Shown here: positions 29,479-38,938 of the stretch, piece after piece | Position numbering within the stretch: position 1 is the stretch's first letter | How the letters are laid out: every line of letters starts with the position of its first letter | Origin: Alphaproteobacteria bacterium | GTDB taxonomy: Bacteria > Pseudomonadota > Alphaproteobacteria > SHVV01 | NCBI GenBank assembly: GCA_965261735.1 | Contig: OZ253470.1 | Location: 3,648,001 to 3,712,000, forward strand | Length of the DNA stretch: 64,000 nt | Reading direction: 5' to 3' | Notes under the pieces: generated by a model | The model's database searches: none | What the model saw: only the letters and a program-made list of their open reading frames with translations | Told to the model about the DNA's origin: nothing | Position numbers and translations under genes: made by a program

Positions 29479-32400
29479 CCGGTCATCATGCCCACCCCGC
29501 CCGTTGTGTCAACCTTTCTTTGTAATTCCCCATCGAAACCGCCTTCACTACCGCGGTGCGGCATCACAAGGCCGGCCGGACCGGTCCCGCGGCCGCGCTT
29601 TATCGCGAGATCTTGGCGGATCGACCGGATCATGTCGGTGCTTTGACCAACCTCGGCGCGGTCGCCGTCGCCGCTCAGCGCTTCGACGAGGCGCACACCT
29701 GTTATCGCCGCGTCATCGACCTCGCCCCCGACGACGATGCCGGGTGGGCCAACCTCGGGAACCTGTGTCTGACGCAGCATCGCTATCCCGAGGCCGAAGG
29801 CCACTATCGGCGGGCCCTCCAAATCAACCCGAGCTTGGCCTCGGCGCACGCAAACCTGGGCCATCTTTACGTCTCGCGGGGCCAGTTCGACGAGGCGCTC
29901 GCCCACTACGAGACCGCCGCGGCCGCGGACCCCATGCTGGCAGGTATTCACGTCAGCCGCGGCCTCATTCTCTATGCGCTCGACCGCAACGCCGCCGCGA
30001 AGGCCGCCCTTGTTGAGGCACTCGGGCTCGACCCCGACAACGCGGAAGCTCACCATACCCTGGGGCGGGTGCTGATCGAGCGGGGCGAGCCGGAGCCCGC
30101 GAGAGACCATATCCGCCGTGCCGCCGACCTCGACCCGAGCCCGGCGCAGGTATGGCGCAACCTGGCCAAGGTGCACGCGGCGCTCGGTGAGACCGACGAG
30201 GCAATCCGCTGCTTTCGCGAATGCGTGGATAGGGCGTCGGACGATCCGGACGCGCGCCGCGAGCTCGCGGCCGCCGAGATGCGTAGGGGCGACCTGGCCG
30301 CAGCGCGCCGAAACCTCGAGACCTGCCGGAAGCTCGAGCCCGACGACGTGGAGACCGAGTTCGAGCTCGGAAACCTGTGCCGATGCGAAAACCGGCACGA
30401 CGACGCGATCGCGCATTACCTGCGCGCTGCCGATCTCGGCCCGCAATATCCGGCGATCCGGGTCACCCTGGGTCTGACATTGGAGCTCGTAGGCCGCTAC
30501 GACGAGGCGATCGCGGCCAACCGTGCGGCGATCGCGCTCCGTGCCAGCGCTCCTGCCTTCAACAACCTGGGCAACTGCTACCTTGCGAAGGAAATGATCG
30601 AGGAAGCGGTCGACGCCTACCACTCGGCGATGGCACTCGAACCCGATGCCCTGACGGCTCACAATCTCGGCAATGCGATGCGCTCGCTGCTGCGCCTCGA
30701 GGACGCACGCCATTGGTTCGAGGAGACCATCCGCCTCGATCCGACCATGGCCGCCGGCCATAACGGGCTCGGCAATACCTATCTTGACCAGGGCGACTAC
30801 GCGAAGGCTCGGCGCGCCTACGAAGACGAGCTGGCCGGCCATCCGGACGATCGCGAGCTTTTGTACAATCTGGGTCTCGTGCTCGTCGAAACGGGCGCGC
30901 TCAAGGAAGCCATTTCGGTCGGAAAGCGCGGTGTAGCTTCTAATCCGACCTTTGCGCCGGCCCATTTCAGCCTGGCGCGGGCGTGCGCTGCGAGCGGCGA
31001 GCACCGCGAGGCCCTGAAGTGGGTGCGGGCGGGCCTCGATCTCGACCCCGATGACGTGGCTGGCCTGATGGCCCTCGCCGCCACGTGCGCCCAGCTATGG
31101 ATGCCCGAGCCCGAGATCGCTGCCTTGAAGCGCGTTCTCGACATCGACCCGGGCTGTGGGAGGGCGCTCGCGCTGCTCGTCAACGCGGTGCTCTCGCTGT
31201 GCGACTGGCAGAAGTACCGCGAGTTCAGCGCCAAGCTCATCGAACGCGTCGCGGACCCGGGACAGGACGACATTGCCAGCATCAGCGTGTTCAACCTACA
31301 GGCCCTACCGGTCCCCTATGCTTTCATCGCTGAAGGCGCCCGCGCCGCGGCGCAAGCCGTCACGCGCGAGATGGCACCGCTGGTAGCGTCGACCCGGCTC
31401 CAGCGGCGCGCGCGCGCGTGCAGGGTCGGCTGCGCATTGGCTATCTCCTGCCCTACACCTTCCGCCATAGCCTGCCGCACGTCCTCAAGACCGTTGTCGA
31501 GCACCACGACCGCGACCGCTTCGAGATCTTCGGCTACTCGATCTCGCCCCATGACGGCAGCGCTTTCAGCGCCGCCTACCGCGCGAGCTTCGACCGCTTC
31601 AGCGACGTCGGCGTCGCTTCCCCTGTCGGTGCCGCGCAACGGATCAGCGACGACGGCATCGACATCCTGGTCGACGTGGCCGGCCATACGCCGGTCAATT
31701 GCATGCCCGTCCTGGCCTTTCATCCGGCACCCGTTCAGGCCCATTTCCTCGGCTACTCGATCACGACAGGTGCCGACTTCATCGACTATCTCATCACCGA
31801 CCGAGTGTTCATGCCGGAGCACTGCGCGCGCCACAATCGGGAAAACCACGTGTTCCTGCCCGACACCTTCATGACCGCGCCGCCTGTGGTCATCGCCGAG
31901 GCGTCATCGGGCCGCGCCGAGCTCGACCTTCCGGCAGACGGCTTCGTGTTCGCCAACTTCAATCACCCATGCAAGTTCGAGCCAGAGATCTTCGCCGCGT
32001 GGATGCGCCTTCTCGAGCGTGTCCCGGGCAGTGTCCTCTGGCTCGGAAGGTGGATGGACGCGACTTGCGACAACCTACGCCGCGAGGCTGAAGCCGCGGG
32101 TATCGACCCGGAGCGGCTGGTGTTCTCCGAGATCGCCACACGCGAGGTTCACTGCGCGCGGCTAAGCCACGCCGATCTTGCGCTCGACAATCGCTATCAT
32201 GGGGGTGGCGTCACAACCATCGATGCGCTCGCCGCCGGCGTGCCCGTGTTGACCGTGACGGGCGACACGCCGGCCGGCCGCCTCGGGGCCACCCTGCTAA
32301 GCGCGGCCGGCATTCCGGAGATGATCACCGTGAGCCTCGCCGACTACGAGGCGCGGGCGCTTGATTTCGCACGCAACCCGGAGGCGCTCGAAGCCATCCG

Positions 32401-32544
32401 GCGCAAGCTGGGCGATGGCCTCGCTACCTGTGCGCTGTTCGATACGCGCCGCTATACCCGCCACCTCGAGCGCGGCTTCGAGCTGATATGGGAGAGGCAC
32501 GCGACCGGCAAGGCGCCTGCCGACATCGAGGTGCCGGCAAGTCG

Positions 32545-32707
32545 ATGAGCCGAGTCGTTCGTGGCACGCTTATCCGAGCGCATCCCACTCGGGCGCATGG
32601 CCGAGCCCGACGACTACATGGCCGCGGTGCAGTTCCTATGCAGTGGCGCGTCGCGCTATATGACGGGCCAGACCGTCGTCATCGACGGCGGCCGCACCAT
32701 CATCTGA
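32545..32707 (+). pseudogene. SDR oxidoreductase remnant (start joined to C-terminus)
   Basis: ATG overlaps the GT41 stop; [49 protein letters not shown]-stop is an SDR C-terminus. Confidence 0.8.
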
Positions 32708-32714
32708 GGCGCGC

Positions 32715-33320
32715 CTAGGAGTGCTCGTCTCGGCGTCTTAGTGGTAGCACCCGGTCTTTCTGCGGCGCACCGTCCCAGCGGCGCGCGAAGTCTGCAGCGA
32801 TCCCGAACTGGTCGAGGATCCGCGCGACGACCTGGTCGACGATGTCGCCGAGCGTCTCGGGGTGGCTATAGAAGGCCGGCATCGGTGGCAGCACCGTGAT
32901 CCCGAGCTGTGCGAGCTTGAGGAGGTTTTCGAGGTGAACCGCGCTGAGCGGGGTCTCGCGGGGAACGACGACGAGGCGGCGCTTCTCCTTGAGCGCCACC
33001 TCGGCGGCGCGGTGCAGGAGGTTGTCGCTCAGGCCGTGGGCGATGGCGGCCACGGTACGCATGGAACAGGGCACGACCGCCATGCCCTCGGTGACGAAGG
33101 AGCCCGACGCGACGGCGGCGCCGAGGTCGCCGGCCGCGTAGTGGTGGCTCGCCAGGGCCCGGACCGAGTCGAGTGTCCGCCCGGTCTCCTGCACGATCGT
33201 CTGCTGGCCCCAGCGGCTGATCACGAGATGCGTCTCGACGGCCTGCTCGCGGAGCGCCTCGAGAAGCCGGACCCCGAGGACGGCGCCGCTCGCACCACTG
33301 ATACCGACGATAAGCCTCAC
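32715..33320 (-). CDS. ubiX: Flavin prenyltransferase UbiX
   Basis: IVGISGASGA, ASGSF, PCSMRT, RAAEVALKEKR.LVVVPRETPL, PPMPAFY. Confidence 0.95.
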   Translation of the reverse strand: MRLIVGISGASGAVLGVRLLEALREQAVETHLVISRWGQQTIVQETGRTLDSVRALASHHYAAGDLGAAVASGSFVTEGMAVVPCSMRTVAAIAHGLSDNLLHRAAEVALKEKRRLVVVPRETPLSAVHLENLLKLAQLGITVLPPMPAFYSHPETLGDIVDQVVARILDQFGIAADFARRWDGAPQKDRVLPLRRRDEHS

Positions 33321-33492
33321 TTACTTTCCTCCAGGGCGCCGGGCCGCGCCCGCGGGCCATAATGATCGCGGCCGAAGTCGTGCGTCAATCGGCAGGTCGG
33401 TCCCGCGAAGAGGCCGCTGCCGACGGTTGGACGGCCCGGACGCCGCCGCTATAGTTCGCGGGCGCCGCGCGGGCGCAACAGGGGGGCCGGAG

Positions 33493-34662
33493 ATGCAGGT
33501 TCGTCGCGTTTTTCTTGCTGTGGGTTTGCTCGCGGCGGGTCTGTCGCCGGCCACGGCCGAGCCGGTGCGGGTCGGCGTGCTCCTACCCTATAGCGGTACC
33601 TTCGCCGCGCTCGGCGAGGAGATCACGCGCGGCCTCGAGCTCGGGTTCGACACGTTCGGCGCGGCGGTCGGGCGGCCGTTCGTCCTTGTGAAAGAGGACA
33701 CCGCGGCCACGCCCGCCACGGGCCTCGCCAAGGCACGCAAGCTTGTGCTCGCCGACGAGGTCGACCTCCTCACCGGCGTCGTCCACTCCGGCGTGCTTGG
33801 GGCGCTGCGCGACTTCGTGCACGGCGCGCACGTGCCGCTCGTCGTCGCCAATGCCGGCAACGTCACCATCACCGGGCCGCGCTGCAGCCCATGGATCGTG
33901 CGCGTCTCATTCTCCAACGATCAGATCGTGCGCGAGATGGGGCCGTGGATGCGCCGGCGCGGGTTCGAGCGCGTCTTTCTGATGGCGCTCGACTACGCGG
34001 CCGGCCACCAGATGATGGACTCGTTCCGGCGCGGCTTCGTCGCCGGCGGCGGCGCCATCGTCGGTGAGGAGTACCCGCCCTTCGGCACCATCACCGACTT
34101 CGCGCCCTATTTCGCCAAGGTGCAGGCGACCCGCCCCGATGCCCTGTTCGTGTTCTTCTCCGGCGGCACCGCGGTGCAGTTCGTCAAGGACTTCGATGCC
34201 TTCGGGCTCAAGGATCGGGTCACCCTGGCGGGCGCGGGGTGGCTCGTCTCGCCCTTGCACCTCGCCGCGCAGGGCTCGGCGGCGGCGGGCGTGCTCGGCA
34301 TCCTCAACTACGTACCGACCATCGATATGCCGGCCAACCGGCGCTTCCAGGACGCCTACCAGGCGCGGCACGGGCGTATTGGGTCGGAGTTCGCGGTGCA
34401 GGGGTACGATGCGGCCCGGCTTATCGTCGAAGCGCTGCACATAACCGGAGGCGACACCGACGACAAGGTGGCGCTCGCACGGGCGCTGCGCGGGGCGAGC
34501 TTCGAGGGACCGCGCGGCTTCACCCGAATCGATCCGGCCACCGGCAACGTCATCCAGAACATCTACGTGTTCGAAACGAAAAGTACGGGCGGCACCGTTG
34601 CGCCCACGGTCGTCGACGTCATCCCCGACGTACAAGACCCGCCCAACGGCTGCCGGCTGTAG
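33493..34662 (+). CDS. Liv-type ABC transporter substrate-binding protein (aromatic acid-binding subtype likely)
   Basis: Signal peptide, VGVLLPYSGTFAALG, GVVHSGV, DYAAG, QGYDAA, GPRG. Confidence 0.9.
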   Translation: MQVRRVFLAVGLLAAGLSPATAEPVRVGVLLPYSGTFAALGEEITRGLELGFDTFGAAVGRPFVLVKEDTAATPATGLAKARKLVLADEVDLLTGVVHSGVLGALRDFVHGAHVPLVVANAGNVTITGPRCSPWIVRVSFSNDQIVREMGPWMRRRGFERVFLMALDYAAGHQMMDSFRRGFVAGGGAIVGEEYPPFGTITDFAPYFAKVQATRPDALFVFFSGGTAVQFVKDFDAFGLKDRVTLAGAGWLVSPLHLAAQGSAAAGVLGILNYVPTIDMPANRRFQDAYQARHGRIGSEFAVQGYDAARLIVEALHITGGDTDDKVALARALRGASFEGPRGFTRIDPATGNVIQNIYVFETKSTGGTVAPTVVDVIPDVQDPPNGCRL

Positions 34663-34700
34663 GGCGCATGCGGCGGTCGGCCGCCCCGTGGACGCCATAG

Positions 34701-35579
34701 GTGCTGCTCGATCCCACCTTCGTTGCGATCCAGGTGCTGAACGGGCTGCAGCTCTCGATGCTGCTGTTTCTGCTGGCGGTCGGGCTGTCGGTCGTCTTCG
34801 GGCTGATGAACTTCGTCAACCTGGCGCATGGCGCGCTGTATGCGCTGGGCGCCTATCTCGGACTCAGTTGCGTACGCCTGACCGGCTCGGTCTGGCTCGC
34901 CTTTGCACTGGCGCCGCTCGGCGTCACGCTGATCGGCGTGGCGTTGTACGCCACCCTGCTACGCCGCCTCGTGAGCGAGAGTCCGATGACGCAGATCCTG
35001 GCCACCTTCGGGCTCATGCTCGTCGCCGTGGATGCGGTCCGAATGGCGTGGGGCAATCTCGAGCACTCGCTGCCATCGCCGGCCGGGCTCACAGGTAGCG
35101 TCGAGATTCTCGGTCAAGCCTACCCCGTCTATCGCCTCTTCATCATCGCCCTCGGCGGCCTCATCATGGCGGCCCTTTATGTGGGGCTGGAGCGAACCCG
35201 GTTCGGCGCCATCATCCGTGCCGGCGTCGACAACCGGGTCATGGCGGCGAGCCTCGGAATCGATGTCGGGCGCGCGTTCTTCTGGGCATTCTGCCTCGGC
35301 AGCTTTCTCGCTGGGCTGGCGGGCGTGGTGGCGGGCGCCGTGCTGCCGATGGCGCCGGGCATGGGCCTCGACATCCTGATCCTCACGCTCGTCGTCGTCG
35401 TGGTGGGCGGGCCCGGTAGCCTCAAGGGTACCGTTCTGGGCTCACTCCTGATCGGCATGGCCGCGACGTTCGGCCAGGTGCTGGCGCCGCAATATGCGAG
35501 CATCACCCTCTACGCGGTGATGGCCCTCGTCCTCGTGGTCCGGCCGCAGGGTCTTATGCCGGCCAGGGGTCGGAGCTGA
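34701..35579 (+). CDS. livH: Branched-chain amino acid ABC permease, LivH-like
   Basis: LNGL...LFL.AVGLSVVFGLM.FVNLAHG, GAIIRA, VVVVGGPGS. Confidence 0.9.
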   Translation: MLLDPTFVAIQVLNGLQLSMLLFLLAVGLSVVFGLMNFVNLAHGALYALGAYLGLSCVRLTGSVWLAFALAPLGVTLIGVALYATLLRRLVSESPMTQILATFGLMLVAVDAVRMAWGNLEHSLPSPAGLTGSVEILGQAYPVYRLFIIALGGLIMAALYVGLERTRFGAIIRAGVDNRVMAASLGIDVGRAFFWAFCLGSFLAGLAGVVAGAVLPMAPGMGLDILILTLVVVVVGGPGSLKGTVLGSLLIGMAATFGQVLAPQYASITLYAVMALVLVVRPQGLMPARGRS

Positions 35580-36529
35580 TGGCGGCGACGGACGCGGTGC
35601 GGCGTCCCTTCGCCGCCGCGCTCATAGCCGTGGCCCTTGTCGCTTGGTTCGCCTCTGGCGGGTTCGGCAAGGAGCTCCTGGCGGAGATCGCCATATTCGC
35701 GATTCTCGCGATGAGCCTCGATCTACTGGTCGGCACTACCGGCATGGTGTCGCTGGGACACGCGGCGTTCTTCGGCATCGGCGCCTATGCAACGGCGGGC
35801 TTGGTAGTGGGGTCGGGCTGGCCGCTCGGCCTCGCCATGCCCGCCGCGATCGCGATCAGCGCGCTGGCGGCAGCTCTGACCGGCGTCTTCATGGTGCGCC
35901 TCGGTGGCGTGTTCTTCATTATCGTGACCCTGGCCGTGGGCCAGATGGCGCACGCCTTCTTCTTCAAGAACCGCGCCTTCGGCGGCAGCGACGGCATGGC
36001 GGGAACGCCGCGTCTCGCGCTCGAGCCGCTCGGCATCGATCTTGGAGACCCCGCGATGTTCGCGCTGTTCGCCATGGGCGCCACGCTCATGGTGTACCTC
36101 GCGCTCGAGGTCGTGACGGCGTCGCCCTTTGGCCGCACGCTCGTCGGCATCCGCGAGAACGAGCAGCGCATGCGCGCGCTTGGCTGTCCGGTCACGGCCC
36201 ACAAGCTCGCCGCTTTCGTGCTCGCCGGCGCGCTGGCCGGCCTCGCGGGCTCGCTGACGGCGCAGCATACGGGTTTCGTATCACCCGAGCTCGCGTTCTG
36301 GACCGTATCGGGGGAAGTGCTGGTGATGGTCATTATCGGTGGCCAGGGACGGCTCGCCGGCGCCGTCGCCGGTGCCGCCGTCGTCATCCTGCTGCGCCAC
36401 GAGCTGTCGTCGCTAACCGAATACTGGACCTTCCTCATGGGGCTGTTCTTCATCGCCGTCGCGCTGTTCGCCCGCGGCGGCCTGTACGGCGCCGCCGCGC
36501 GGGCCTGGGCGTGGCGGCCGGCGCGATGA
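35579..36529 (+). CDS. livM: Branched-chain amino acid ABC permease, LivM-like
   Basis: SLDLLVG.TGMVSLGHAAFFGIGAY, GGSDG, SPFGR.LVGIRENE.R, MVIIGG. Confidence 0.9.
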   Translation: MAATDAVRRPFAAALIAVALVAWFASGGFGKELLAEIAIFAILAMSLDLLVGTTGMVSLGHAAFFGIGAYATAGLVVGSGWPLGLAMPAAIAISALAAALTGVFMVRLGGVFFIIVTLAVGQMAHAFFFKNRAFGGSDGMAGTPRLALEPLGIDLGDPAMFALFAMGATLMVYLALEVVTASPFGRTLVGIRENEQRMRALGCPVTAHKLAAFVLAGALAGLAGSLTAQHTGFVSPELAFWTVSGEVLVMVIIGGQGRLAGAVAGAAVVILLRHELSSLTEYWTFLMGLFFIAVALFARGGLYGAAARAWAWRPAR

Positions 36530-36536
36530 ACCGCTC

Positions 36537-37277
36537 ATGCTGAAGGCGTCGGGCTTGCACAAGGCGTTTGGCTCGCTCCGGGTCGCCGACGGCATCACGC
36601 TCGAGGTACCCAAGGGGCGACGCCACGCGATCATCGGTCCCAATGGCGCCGGCAAGACGACGTTGTTCGACCTGCTCGCCGGCGAGGTCAAGGCCGACGC
36701 CGGACGCGTCGTTATCGACGGCGTCGACATCAGCCATGCGCGCCCCGATGAGCGGGCCCGCGCCGGCCTCGCGCGCAGCTTTCAGCGCCCCAACCTGTTC
36801 CCGGCCATGAGCGTGCGCGACAACATCCTGACGGCGCTCGTCGTGCACCACCGGCTGGGCCACGTGGCCTGGCGGAGGCTGCGCCGCCTCGGGGTACTGG
36901 CCGACGAAGCGCTGGGCTGGGCCGTGCGCGTCGGGCTTGGCGGCGACGTCGACCGCCCGGCGCGGAACCTCGACCACGGCAATCAACGCCGCCTCGAAAT
37001 CGCGCTGGCCCTTGTGCTCGAGCCCAAGGTACTGCTGCTCGACGAGCCCACCGCCGGCATGAGCGCGCAGGAAACGGCGACGATGCGGGCGCTCATCGCC
37101 GACCTGCCCGCGACCCTGACGATCCTCATCGTCGAACACGACATGGAGGTCGTGTTCGGTCTCGCCGAGCGGATTACGGTGCTCGACTACGGCCGCGTCC
37201 TTCTCGAGGGCGCACCCGATGAGGTCCGCGGATCGGCCCTCGTGCGCGAACGCTACCTCGGAAGGGCCGCGCCATGA
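36537..37277 (+). CDS. livG: ABC ATP-binding protein, LivG-like
   Basis: GPNGAGKTT, GLARSFQ, LLLDEPTAG, VEHDM. Confidence 0.92.
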   Translation: MLKASGLHKAFGSLRVADGITLEVPKGRRHAIIGPNGAGKTTLFDLLAGEVKADAGRVVIDGVDISHARPDERARAGLARSFQRPNLFPAMSVRDNILTALVVHHRLGHVAWRRLRRLGVLADEALGWAVRVGLGGDVDRPARNLDHGNQRRLEIALALVLEPKVLLLDEPTAGMSAQETATMRALIADLPATLTILIVEHDMEVVFGLAERITVLDYGRVLLEGAPDEVRGSALVRERYLGRAAP

Positions 37278-37975
37278 CCGGCGCCCTGCTGCGCCTCGAC
37301 GACGTTCACGCCTATTACGCCGACAGCCACGTCCTCCAGGGCGTCTCGTTCGACGTGGGCGCCGGCGAGGTCGTGAGCTTGCTCGGGCGCAACGGCGCCG
37401 GCAAGACGACGACGCTGAAGTCGGTGATGGGCATCGTGCGCCCGCGGCGCGGCCGCGTGGTGCTCGGTGGACGCGAACTCGGGGGCTGGCCCATCCACCA
37501 GGTGGCGCGCGCCGGAGTGGCCTACGTCCCCGAAACGCGGGACGTATTCCCCTCGCTCAGCGTGCGCGAGAATCTGGCGCTCGGCACCGGCGGCGACGGT
37601 GAGTGGACGCTCGAGCGCGTCCTCGCCCTGTTCCCGCAGCTCGCCGGCCTGTTGTCGCGCCCGGGCGCCACGCTTTCCGGAGGCGAGCAACAAATGCTCG
37701 CTGTCGGCCGCGCGCTCGTCGGCAATCCACGCTGCCTACTGCTCGACGAGCCCATGGAAGGGCTGGCACCTCGGGTTGTCGATGATATTCGCGCGGTTCT
37801 CATGAGGCTCAAGTCGGTTGGCCTGGCGATGCTTGTGGTCGACCACGACATGGACTTCGCCGCATCGTATTCCGATCGCGTCGTCGTCCTCGGCAAGGGC
37901 CAGGTGCGCTGGCAGGGGAGCGGCCGCGATTTCGCACGCGCCGCGGAGGTCAAGCGGCTCTGGCTCGGGCTCTGA
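37274..37975 (+). CDS. livF: ABC ATP-binding protein, LivF-like
   Basis: GRNGAGKTT, LSGGEQQMLA, LLLDEP.EGLAP. Confidence 0.92.
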   Translation: MTGALLRLDDVHAYYADSHVLQGVSFDVGAGEVVSLLGRNGAGKTTTLKSVMGIVRPRRGRVVLGGRELGGWPIHQVARAGVAYVPETRDVFPSLSVRENLALGTGGDGEWTLERVLALFPQLAGLLSRPGATLSGGEQQMLAVGRALVGNPRCLLLDEPMEGLAPRVVDDIRAVLMRLKSVGLAMLVVDHDMDFAASYSDRVVVLGKGQVRWQGSGRDFARAAEVKRLWLGL

Positions 37976-37996
37976 GCCGGCGCAACCGTCGCGGCG

Positions 37997-38731
37997 CTAG
38001 AGCGATACCGCCGAAACCAGCCGCGCACCGCGCGAGGCCATGAAATAGAGTCCCATGTAGTGGGTCACGTTCTGGGGGTGGGCGTTGGTCTCGGGCAGGC
38101 CCACCGCGAGGGCCGCATCGCGCGGCAGGTCGAAGGTCGCGCAGCCCGCCTCGTAGACCAGGATATCCTCGACACTCGGCATCAAGCCGTGGTTGCGCGC
38201 GGACAGCATGGTGAGCACGAAGTCCATCACGCAGATGTCGGTACAGATGCCGACAACCAGAATCCGCCGGACGCGGTGGCGGTTGGCCCAGTCGACCACC
38301 TGGTTGCGCCCGTCCGCGGTGATGGCGCCGACGAAGCCGTTGATGCAGTCCTTGCGCACCAGGGTCGTGTGGGCATCGTCCTCGAGCCAGGCGAGCTCGG
38401 GCACCAGGTTCTCCTCGCCCGTGCCGATCTCGCAGTGGGGCGGATAGGGTGGCTCGGCCTTGCCGGGCTCATGGGTGTCGAGGAGCGCGAGCAGGGGCCA
38501 GCCGCGGGCCGAGAACGCGCGCGCCAGGCGGTCGGTCTCCGACACCATGCGACTAACCTGCGGGTTGTCGCCGGCTGGGGCGAGGTTGCCGTAGCCGACG
38601 GCGGCAAAGCCGTTGACTTCGTCGACGATCACGAGTCCCAGGGGCTCGTCGCCGAGCGCAAGCCGCTCTGTGGCAAGCGGCATGGCGCCGCGCAGGGATG
38701 TGTCGATATCGGCGAGGCTGGCGTCGGTCAC
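37997..38731 (-). CDS. Isochorismatase-family cysteine hydrolase, nicotinamidase-like
   Basis: VIVDEVNGF, DTH...PPHC, RKDCINGF, VGICTDICV (Asp-Lys-Cys triad). Confidence 0.88.
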   Translation of the reverse strand: MTDASLADIDTSLRGAMPLATERLALGDEPLGLVIVDEVNGFAAVGYGNLAPAGDNPQVSRMVSETDRLARAFSARGWPLLALLDTHEPGKAEPPYPPHCEIGTGEENLVPELAWLEDDAHTTLVRKDCINGFVGAITADGRNQVVDWANRHRVRRILVVGICTDICVMDFVLTMLSARNHGLMPSVEDILVYEAGCATFDLPRDAALAVGLPETNAHPQNVTHYMGLYFMASRGARLVSAVSL

Positions 38732-38776
38732 GACTCAGCTCCGTGGACGAGGCCTAGCAGGCTGCTGAAAAAGTCA

Positions 38777-38938
38777 TCATTGCCGGGCCTTGAACTCGGA
38801 TTCATCGCCGAAATGAAATGAGATTTCGTGTCTTAGGGTGAAACCGTCTTCAATCTCGACCGATCCGATGCCCTGGGCTTCGTCCAGTTCGATGATCTGC
38901 CACTTTGCGGTCAGCGGCGTGCCGGCATCGCCCGTCAT
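38777..38938 (-). pseudogene. Small passenger ORF inside IS5, probably internally deleted
   Basis: ATG overlaps the transposase stop; MTGDAGTPLTAKWQIIE|LDEAQGIGSVEIEDGFTLRHEISFHFGDESEFKARQ. Confidence 0.5.

Larger units (their letters stand above)
27758..29530 (+). mobile_element. IS1595-family element carrying a passenger gene (transporter IS), intact
   Basis: 24-bp IRs ggggattacaaagaaaggttgaca and tgtcaacctttctttgtaattccc with one mismatch; 8-bp TSD catcgaaa at 27750-27757 and 29531-29538. Confidence 0.95.
27742..32548 (+). pseudogene. TPR-repeat GT41 (O-GlcNAc transferase/SPINDLY-like) glycosyltransferase, interrupted by IS1595 at codon 5 and frameshifted at 31406-31418
   Basis: Removing the IS and one TSD gives MTPIETAFTTAVRHHKAGR; many TPR units; then RLRIGYL, HDRDRFEIFGY, DGIDILVD.AGHT, PAPVQ, FANFN...K, VPGSVLW, ADLALD. 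Confidence 0.9.
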
